64,000 nt of DNA, taken from positions 1 to 64,000 of IMG/VR virus record IMGVR_UViG_3300023176_005537. One strand, written 5' to 3'. The notes beneath the pieces were generated by a model that did no database searches, was not told where the DNA came from, and saw nothing but the letters and a program-made list of their open reading frames with translations. Positions 38,263 through 45,293 of this stretch are shown here, in pieces. Both the position numbers and the translations under genes were made by a program. Position 1 is the stretch's first letter; every line of letters begins with the position of its first letter. This stretch comes from a virus.

Positions 38263-39141
38263 ATGTCTAGCAAGATCACAAACATCATCATCGAGGACAT
38301 CATCAACCTGATCGAAGAAAGCAAGGAGTTGCCGTGGGAAAAGCCGTGGAACGCGGCAGCATCCAGCCCGCAGAACATGGTATGGCAGAAGCCGTACCGT
38401 GGGATCAACCGCTTCATGTGTTCGCTCACGGCGACCGTGCGAGGCTACAACAGCCCCTTCTGGCTCACCTTTGGGCAGGTCAAGAAGGCCGGAGGCAAGA
38501 TCAAGAAAGGAGAAAAGGCGACAAAGATCGTCAAATGGGGGGCGATCGAGATCAAAGACAAGCAGACGGGAGAGGTGAAAGATAAAATCTGGAAGCCTTT
38601 CAAGTACTTCAAGATCTTCAACGTCGATCAGTGCGAGGGGATCGAGGTTCCAGAACAGGAGATCGAAACCCTCGAATGGAAGCCGCTTGAGCGGTGCGAC
38701 ATGATCATCGAAGGATACGCAGACATCCCCAGCATCGGGGAAGGAGGAGACAGGGCATGCTACATTCCAGCGATGGATGTGATCAAAATGCCCAACAAAA
38801 CGACGTTCAAGAGCGTGGAAGGGTTCTATGCGACCCTGTTCCACGAGCTTGCACACTCAACTGGTGCGAAGCAAAGACTCAACAGGGTCGGCGTGACCGA
38901 TCCGATCCAGTTTGGATCGCACCAATACAGCAAAGAGGAGTTGATCGCGGAGTTTTGCTCCGCCCTGCTTTGCGCTCACGCAGGAATCGAACGCGAAACC
39001 CGAAAGAACTCGGCTGCTTACGTCAAAGGATGGTGTAAGTATCTGAGAGAAAAAGGGAAAGAGATCTTCTCTGCTGCTTCACAGGCAGAGAAGGCTTTTG
39101 ATTACATTGTTTCTCAACAAAAACAGGAGGTTACAGAATGA
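38263..39141 (+). CDS. ardC: ArdC-family antirestriction / ssDNA-binding protein
   Basis: LPWEKPW, YRGIN, WLTF.Q..GG.IKKGEK, FN.DQ, HELAH.TG..RL.R, EEL.AE. Confidence 0.9.
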   Translation: MSSKITNIIIEDIINLIEESKELPWEKPWNAAASSPQNMVWQKPYRGINRFMCSLTATVRGYNSPFWLTFGQVKKAGGKIKKGEKATKIVKWGAIEIKDKQTGEVKDKIWKPFKYFKIFNVDQCEGIEVPEQEIETLEWKPLERCDMIIEGYADIPSIGEGGDRACYIPAMDVIKMPNKTTFKSVEGFYATLFHELAHSTGAKQRLNRVGVTDPIQFGSHQYSKEELIAEFCSALLCAHAGIERETRKNSAAYVKGWCKYLREKGKEIFSAASQAEKAFDYIVSQQKQEVTE

Positions 39142-39365
39142 GAAAAGCAATTTTGATTATGGTGGTCTTCATGACCCTCGTGTCCATCGGATGCACAGCA
39201 AGCAAAGGAGGCGAAACCGTCGCTGGTGACGCAGCCAGTGAAAAGGTGGCGGAGCCACGAGAAGAGAAAAAAGAAGAAAAACAGGAGGTTGACGGAGGTG
39301 TAGCCGAAGGAGACACAAAAGAAGGAGGCGTTGTGCTTCCCGGAGGCGGCACAAACAAAGACTGA
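39138..39365 (+). CDS. small lipoprotein
   Basis: Signal peptide with SIGC lipobox. Confidence 0.65.
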   Translation: MRKAILIMVVFMTLVSIGCTASKGGETVAGDAASEKVAEPREEKKEEKQEVDGGVAEGDTKEGGVVLPGGGTNKD

Positions 39366-39493
39366 AAGTTTTTTCCTTAGCAAGATCAGGGGGTTGAGTC
39401 AACCAAAGGCTCATCCCCTTGATTTTGTTCAGGATCTTTTATTTGATCGATCCTGATCTTTTTGCTATAATAGGTGCAGAAAGGAGGGAGAGC

Positions 39494-39694
39494 ATGAAAA
39501 GACCAACTGAAGGAGATTGGGTTCACTGTAATTTCCGAGACGAGGAGGGGATCGTTGTTCGCGACTTCTCGCAGACTGAGGGTTGTGGTCATTGGTTGCT
39601 CGTCCTTTTTGTGGGAAGAACCACCCCTGCAAGAACCCTCGGATTCAACCTGCTCGTCCTCGAAAGAGCCGAGGATAACAATGACAAAAATTAA
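39494..39694 (+). CDS. hypothetical protein
   Basis: AAGGAGG RBS after promoter. Confidence 0.6.
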   Translation: MKRPTEGDWVHCNFRDEEGIVVRDFSQTEGCGHWLLVLFVGRTTPARTLGFNLLVLERAEDNNDKN

Positions 39695-39935
39695 AAAAGG
39701 AGATTGGGTCAGGTATAGCAGCCCTCTCATCAGGTTTAGTTTCCAGTTCATGAAAGAGACTCCGCTGTTTTCTCCAACAGACTACAAGGATGCCGAGAAG
39801 CGACTGCATGGGTTCGTGGTCGGTGAGGAGGGTGATCAATTGCTTGTCCTTCACGCTGGGCAGGACAGCCCCGTCCTGCGTGACAGGCGAGACCTCAAAA
39901 AGATCGAGGATAACAAAACAAACCTTTGTCTTTGA
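39681..39935 (+). CDS. hypothetical protein
   Basis: GAGG RBS; KKGDWV. Confidence 0.6.
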   Translation: MTKIKKGDWVRYSSPLIRFSFQFMKETPLFSPTDYKDAEKRLHGFVVGEEGDQLLVLHAGQDSPVLRDRRDLKKIEDNKTNLCL

Positions 39936-39945
39936 TTTAAAAGGA

Positions 39946-40479
39946 GGAATCACCTTCGAGTGAGAAATCACCTGCGGGGGCAAGAAATCACCTGTGGGTG
40001 GGCAGGAGAAACCACCTAACACCCCCACAGATACGAGAGGAGAAATCACCTGCGCCTTGCCAGAAATCACCTACGGGGGCGCGTGTTTGGAAATCATTGA
40101 AAAGTGTGGGGCTCTTAACCCCAGTAATGGCGCGGGTTTGCGGGGTTTTCCACAGGTTTTTCCACAGGAAATCCACAGGTAATGACAAGTTCGCAAATCC
40201 CCACCAATAGGGGATTAGAGACCTGCTGGAGAAATCACCTGTACCTGTGGGAAATCACACAGGAAATCACCTGTGTCACGATATGACACATATGCATGGT
40301 ATAATAAAAGGACGAGGCAGAGGAGAAATCACCCACACACGAGAAAACAGCGTTTTTCGCAAACACCGAGAAATAGGGGGGTTTGATTAGCACCCCCCCT
40401 AAAGGAGACTCGAAAATGTCCAAAGAAATCAAGCAAGTACAGGCACAGATTGGCGGCACACGCCCACAGGAAATCACCC
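39946..40479. repeat. GAAATCAC(C/A) iteron-like repeat field with DnaA-box-like sites; candidate origin or terminus-associated region
   Basis: Copies at 39964, 39984, 40042, 40063, 40231, 40251, 40263, 40325, 40470 (variants 39946, 40008); TTTTCCACA at 40146 and 40158. Confidence 0.7.
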
Positions 40480-40717
40480 CTGCACGAGCGCAAACCCCGC
40501 CCCTGTGGGCGGCAGCGATTGTCCTGCACCCGCAACGCAGGCAAACCGCGCTTGACTGGACACGGGTCATGGCGCACCCACGAGGGAACACGCCAGATCC
40601 CCAATTCCCGCAAACCCCGAGAAACACGGGGGTTTGATTTACCCCCCTCCTAAAGGCCACTCGATTTCATTTTGAGATCAAGGGGTTGGAGATCCCTGGA
40701 ATCCTTTTCTAGAAACG

Positions 40718-40806
40718 TGTGTCACGATCTGACACAGATCGATCGTATAATAGAGGGCGAGGGCAAGAAAGCCCCAGAAACCACACACCGATCAAAGGAG
40801 ATCGCC
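40718..40806 (+). promoter_or_regulatory. repeated palindrome-type promoter/leader module (copies at 40272, 41042, 42067, 42703, 43291, 43816)
   Basis: TGTGWCA-CGATC-TGWCACA, 9 bp, TATAAT, GGGC-N6-GCCC hairpin, GATC-flanked SD. Confidence 0.85.
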
Positions 40807-41046
40807 ATGAGGAACGAGCTTTGGGAGCAGCACGAGGCTTTCCTGTTACGCAATGGGATCAAGAGCTTAGGAGACGAGGAGGCTTTCCAGTGGGCGCACA
40901 ACGATCTACAATGGGCGATCTCCGACCTTCGCGTCTATCTCCGCAAGAACCCCTGCGACCGTCTCGCGATTGTGATCGAGGAGCGCAAGGGAGACCTCGC
41001 GAGGCTCGAAGAGGTCTGGTTTCTCGCTTCTGGGAAGCACCTGTGA
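40807..41046 (+). CDS. hypothetical early protein
   Basis: Follows promoter module; AAGGAG RBS. Confidence 0.7.
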   Translation: MRNELWEQHEAFLLRNGIKSLGDEEAFQWAHNDLQWAISDLRVYLRKNPCDRLAIVIEERKGDLARLEEVWFLASGKHL

Positions 41047-41130
41047 CACGATCTGACACAGGTCGATCGTATAATGTAGCACGAGGGCAAGAAAGCCCCA
41101 CCAACCCAAAACGATCAAAGGAGATCGCTC

Positions 41131-41403
41131 ATGAAAGTCTTCACCGTCTGGTTCGCTCAGTCCCCCGATCGCACCTTCCGCCTCTTCGATCGCTCCCCCG
41201 AAGGTGCGCCTCTCTGGTTCGTCACTCGCTCCCATGCCGTCGAATGGTGCAGGGACGAGATCTTCGGGGATCTCGATCGTCTTCCTGTCCCCTATTCCAT
41301 CGAGATCAGAGAGATCCACGTCGACGATCTGCCCCTTGAATCCCCGATCACATGGGACGTGGAAGCAGCCTGCGAAGGCTGGCACGAATCCAGTTGGGTC
41401 TGA
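41131..41403 (+). CDS. hypothetical early protein
   Basis: Follows promoter module at 41042. Confidence 0.7.
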   Translation: MKVFTVWFAQSPDRTFRLFDRSPEGAPLWFVTRSHAVEWCRDEIFGDLDRLPVPYSIEIREIHVDDLPLESPITWDVEAACEGWHESSWV

Positions 41404-41519
41404 TTCCCCTTCAAAATCAACTGTTTACAAAATAGTTGAAAAAAATTGTCAGAAAGATCCACCCCGATCGTATAATAGGGGGCAAGGGCAATTCAGCCCC
41501 AGAAAATGGAGAACACGCC

Positions 41520-42023
41520 ATGAGAGTCACATTCCGCACCTACAACACCAACCTTGACGGCTTCGCAATCTCCCACTGGCTCGACGATTTGCACCAATCC
41601 GAGGCTTGCTACTGGAACATCCTTCCCCGCTGGTGCTGGGAAACCAGCACCTTCCACACCGCCACCAGCGGCTACACCTACCGCCTCATGTCCAAGCACG
41701 ACCACTGGCACATGTGGGTCTACGAAGGCGCAGACAAGGGCTTCATGGCTCAGGCGTTCCTCCCAGACTTCGGTGGCTGGGAGGTCGTAGAGGTCGAAGG
41801 CTCCTTCGGCCTGTTTGTCGGGTCTTCCGCTCTGCTTCATTACCGCGAGGTGAAGGAGGGCAGCGGCTTCTACGCAATCTCTCACACCCTCACAGACCCA
41901 GAGGCGTGGATCAAGCGCAACTGGGGGTGGATCAAGGGCGAACCTGTCCCTGTTCCCCTCCATGAGGCTCTCGCAGAGCCTGTCGTCCGTCAATGGGATC
42001 GTGACCTGTACGGGGCGCGCTGA
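41520..42023 (+). CDS. hypothetical early protein (Trp/His-rich)
   Basis: GATCGTATAAT and GGGC hairpin upstream; GGAG RBS. Confidence 0.7.
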   Translation: MRVTFRTYNTNLDGFAISHWLDDLHQSEACYWNILPRWCWETSTFHTATSGYTYRLMSKHDHWHMWVYEGADKGFMAQAFLPDFGGWEVVEVEGSFGLFVGSSALLHYREVKEGSGFYAISHTLTDPEAWIKRNWGWIKGEPVPVPLHEALAEPVVRQWDRDLYGAR

Positions 42024-42144
42024 GAAATCACCTGCACATGTGCGAAATCGCACAGGAAATCACATGTGTGACGCGATCTGTCACAGATCGATCGTATAAT
42101 AGAGGACACAGGGCAACAACGCCCACCAACTGAGGAGAGATCAC

Positions 42145-42435
42145 ATGCGAAAGATCACGCAAGAAGCCTTCACCGCTTGGAAGACCGGAAAATCATTCAA
42201 CAAATCCAACACCCGCGTCACCCCTGACGGATCGGTCTTCCTCCACGGAAACCAGATCGTCCGCGTCACCCCTGACGCCGTTCTTGTCTCTGACGGGGGT
42301 TTCGGCTGGTCGAAGACCACCAGAGAGCGTCTCAGCCCGTGGATCACGTTCTCCCAGAAAAACTGGGAGCCCCTGATGGATGGAAACCCTTACAAATCAG
42401 GTACTTGGGTGGCTCTCACCCGCAAGACTTGGTAG
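42145..42435 (+). CDS. hypothetical early protein
   Basis: Follows module at 42067; LHGNQI..TT.ERL. Confidence 0.75.
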   Translation: MRKITQEAFTAWKTGKSFNKSNTRVTPDGSVFLHGNQIVRVTPDAVLVSDGGFGWSKTTRERLSPWITFSQKNWEPLMDGNPYKSGTWVALTRKTW

Positions 42436-42491
42436 CCTCAGCCCCTAACCCTTTGATTTCCTTTCATTTTTTCCCTTCAGGAGAAAAACCT

Positions 42492-42695
42492 ATGCATTTT
42501 CAATACTTTGTCGCTGCTGTCTGCCAGACCCTCGAAAGCATGGATCACCCGATCGAGAAGCTTCTTTCCCGCAGGGAGGCGGAAATGCTCCTCTGCGATT
42601 GCTTCGAGGCTGGCTGGACACCAGACCAAACGATCGACAAGGTTCTCTCTGATGCCCGCGGGGACTGGCTTTTCAACGATTTCTGGAGGGATTGA
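42492..42695 (+). CDS. hypothetical early protein
   Basis: CAGGAG RBS after a pyrimidine-rich leader. Confidence 0.65.
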   Translation: MHFQYFVAAVCQTLESMDHPIEKLLSRREAEMLLCDCFEAGWTPDQTIDKVLSDARGDWLFNDFWRD

Positions 42696-42787
42696 TCCAA
42701 CGTGTGTCACGATCTGACACAGATCGATCGTATAATAGGGGACACAGGGGGCAACGAAGCCCCACACAACGATCCAAGGAGATCACT

Positions 42788-43111
42788 ATGCAGTACCGCG
42801 AATGGCGAAAAAACAAAGCAAAATCAGACACTTCCTTCGTTTCGGCGTGGAGAGATTCCAGGGGTCTCCCGAAGCTCTCTGATGCCGAGAACAGCGAGCG
42901 TTTCGACAGCTACCTCTGGCTGATGCGCGAGCTAGACAAGATCGTGCTTCGCAAGATGCGCGCCGAAGAGCGCGAGGAGCGCGGGCTTTCCGGCTCCCTG
43001 TCCTTTGAGGCCGAGCGTCACGGGGAAAAGGTCGATTTCGACGACATCTCCCTCGACTATGCCGAAGAGGTCGACGTTGACGGCCTCACAGACGAAGACG
43101 TTGCTTTCTGA
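42788..43111 (+). CDS. hypothetical early protein
   Basis: Follows module at 42703. Confidence 0.7.
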   Translation: MQYREWRKNKAKSDTSFVSAWRDSRGLPKLSDAENSERFDSYLWLMRELDKIVLRKMRAEEREERGLSGSLSFEAERHGEKVDFDDISLDYAEEVDVDGLTDEDVAF

Positions 43112-43119
43112 CCCTCACC

Positions 43120-43139
43120 ACCGCCCTTTTGGGCGGTTT
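43120..43139 (+). terminator. GC hairpin, terminator-like (similar one at about 44327-44349)
   Basis: ACCGCCC-TTTT-GGGCGGT-TT. Confidence 0.55.
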
Positions 43140-43189
43140 CCCTTCTAACCCTTTGATTTTCTTTTCCTTTTCCTCCAAAGAGGTGCTAA

Positions 43190-43288
43190 ATGTCTGAAAC
43201 AATTAAGCTTTTCGCTGGTGTCCTGATTGCTTCCCTCTTCTACTTCGCCCCCGCCCTGATTTTCTTCTTTTTGCAGCTTCCCTCATGA
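43190..43288 (+). CDS. 32-aa single-TM peptide (not in ORF track)
   Basis: GAGGT RBS; MSETIKLFAGVLIASLFYFAPALIFFFLQLPS. Confidence 0.55.
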   Translation: MSETIKLFAGVLIASLFYFAPALIFFFLQLPS

Positions 43289-43375
43289 CCTGTGACACGA
43301 TCTGTCACACGTTGATCGTATAATAGAGGGCAAGGGGGCAACAACGCCCCACACAATGATCGAAGGAGATCAAGC

Positions 43376-43807
43376 ATGAGAATCGACAGCTACGCAACCA
43401 AAGACCTTTTCCTCTTTGAAATCGCAGACATGGAGCGCAAGATCGACGCACACGTCGCAATGCGCGACCACGTCGACGCTTCCGGCAAACTCTCCGAGGA
43501 GATGGACGCTCTCTTCGCGTCCATCCTCACGCCCCTCCGCGAGGGGGTTGCAGCCCGCAAGGCTGCCATTGCTGCGCTCACAACGGCGGATCATCTCCGC
43601 CTAGCGGAGCAGGAAGAGGAGCGCATGCGCTTCGTGGAGACCTCCACAGAGGAGGAGGAGGCGATCAAAGCGGAGATCTCCTTCTACCGCTGCAAGCTCC
43701 TGCGTGAAGGGGGTTTTCGCATCCCTCTGGCCTCCAGCCCCGAAGCCGCGGGGGCTATGATGGAACGCATGGGCGAAGCGCACGACCTGCGACGTTTGCG
43801 CAATTAA
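43376..43807 (+). CDS. hypothetical helical early protein
   Basis: Follows module at 43291. Confidence 0.7.
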   Translation: MRIDSYATKDLFLFEIADMERKIDAHVAMRDHVDASGKLSEEMDALFASILTPLREGVAARKAAIAALTTADHLRLAEQEEERMRFVETSTEEEEAIKAEISFYRCKLLREGGFRIPLASSPEAAGAMMERMGEAHDLRRLRN

Positions 43808-43898
43808 TGCGGACATGTGTCACGATCTGACACTGTTGGATCGTATAATAGGGGAGAAGGGGCAACGAAGCCCCCAACACTGATCGAAGGAGATCAAA

Positions 43899-44309
43899 AT
43901 GGCAAACGCTAACTACCTGAAATATACCGTGATTCCCGGTCTCGCTGAATCCCTTCGCGAAGCAGACGAGCTTCAGGGTATCCTCCGCACCTTCCCCGAC
44001 CTCAGCCCCCTCAACAAGGGGCTGATCGAGGGTCGTTTGATCACCGTCAACGAGGCGGTGGAAGACTACTCTGCCGAAATGCGCGCTGAATACGAGGTTT
44101 CGGAGCAGTTGAACGCTGTGCGCGAATACCGCGCCGGCTTCGGGTCTTACGTCCACCCCACTATCGAAAGGTTCGTGGAACAGGAGATCACAGCCCTTGA
44201 GGCTGCTCTAGCCCTCGAAGAGGCTCGTAGCGACGGGGAACGCCTCACCTTCGCAAGCTTCGAGGATTTCGAGGCTTTCGTCCGGTCTACCTTCAACGTG
44301 GTGGAATGA
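43899..44309 (+). CDS. hypothetical acidic early protein
   Basis: Follows module at 43816. Confidence 0.7.
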   Translation: MANANYLKYTVIPGLAESLREADELQGILRTFPDLSPLNKGLIEGRLITVNEAVEDYSAEMRAEYEVSEQLNAVREYRAGFGSYVHPTIERFVEQEITALEAALALEEARSDGERLTFASFEDFEAFVRSTFNVVE

Positions 44310-44391
44310 CCGCCAACCCCGGAGCAGCCGCCCTTCGGGGCGGTTGTTTCCCAACCCTTTGATTTTCTTCACCTTTTCAGGAGCAACAATC

Positions 44392-44637
44392 ATGGCTATC
44401 TCCCTGTCTTCATTGGCAAATCTCTTCTTCTTCGTTTCCCTCGCTGCCGTGGGCTTCTACGGCGTGATCATGTTCGTTCTGTGCGATCAATACGTCCGAG
44501 CGATCATGGGCTCCCCAGAAGTCGACGGCTACGAGGTGATCGAAGCCACCCCTTCGATCCTCCTCTTGTTCTCGGTGTCTCTGACCGGTTCGATCGTTTG
44601 GTTCGCTGTCGGCGGGTTTTGCCAGACCTTCGCCTGA
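44392..44637 (+). CDS. 2-TM membrane protein
   Basis: CAGGAG RBS; two hydrophobic helices. Confidence 0.65.
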   Translation: MAISLSSLANLFFFVSLAAVGFYGVIMFVLCDQYVRAIMGSPEVDGYEVIEATPSILLLFSVSLTGSIVWFAVGGFCQTFA

Positions 44638-44688
44638 CCCCTAACCCTAACCCCTTCTTTTCTTTCACTTTTTTTCAGGAGTTTCAAA

Positions 44689-45036
44689 ATGAAAAAGGCT
44701 TTCACTGTAACTATCGAGAATGGCTCAAGAATTGGCAAGGCTGTCTTCGAGGCTGCGAGCTTCGCGGAGGTTCGCCGGCAGTTCGCCCTGATGCAGCGTA
44801 ACGACGCGAATCTGAAAGGGTTTTGCATCGTCAAAATACAGGAGAACGAAAAGCCCCAGCGGGTCGGGCGTTTCGAACGCCCCGTTCTCAAGAGCGCGAT
44901 GGGCAGGGCGCTTGACGCTGCCAGCAATTCTAAGTCCTTGGGATCAAAGCGAAATCCGTTTCGCGATCCCAAACAAGCCGCGAAGATTCGCCGCGAGCAA
45001 AACGCGATCTTGAAAAAGGAGAACAAAAACAAATAG
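44689..45036 (+). CDS. basic hypothetical protein
   Basis: CAGGAG RBS. Confidence 0.7.
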   Translation: MKKAFTVTIENGSRIGKAVFEAASFAEVRRQFALMQRNDANLKGFCIVKIQENEKPQRVGRFERPVLKSAMGRALDAASNSKSLGSKRNPFRDPKQAAKIRREQNAILKKENKNK

Positions 45037-45263
45037 TTAGAGGGGGGGCTCCCCCTCCCCCCCTATTCCTCGCCCTTCCGGAAAGTAAAATCCCCTGAGA
45101 GATCAGGGGGTTACAGGCGCGGCCTAGTCCCAACGACACACACAGAAAAATTCCACAAATTCGAACCCTTTCCAATGACTTCCCAAAAATCCAAAGCTTT
45201 CCAAAAGAAAGCCAAAGAGAAAAAATCCCCAAAAAAAAATTCCAAAATTTGAACCTTTTCAAC

Positions 45264-45271
45264 CTATTTAT
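45264..45271 (+). promoter_or_regulatory. candidate late promoter motif CTATTTAT
   Basis: Intergenic copies at 20706, 27862, 45264, 47260, 48716, 49560, 53334; variants at 21394, 24974, 55035, 63012 and on the minus strand 62977-62984. Confidence 0.65.
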
Positions 45272-45293
45272 GATAAACAAAAAGGAAACCCCA

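Noticed and set aside
39988-40660. Short ORFs across the repeat field
   Set aside because: Translations mirror the DNA repeats on both strands; only the ATG near 40416 has an SD and its product is unconvincing
43291-43309. CRP/FNR binding site
   Set aside because: The TGTGA..TCACA half-sites are separated by 9 bp rather than the 6 bp required
39946-43898. CRISPR array, given a Cas4-like gene at 51837
   Set aside because: Repeats are 10-19 bp with irregular spacing or whole genes between them; the Cas4-like nuclease is a common stand-alone phage gene and no cas operon is present
40718-44309. Integron cassette array with attC sites
   Set aside because: No integrase seen, no RYYYAAC/GTTRRRY boxes, and the repeats contain a -10 box and SD, so they behave as promoters
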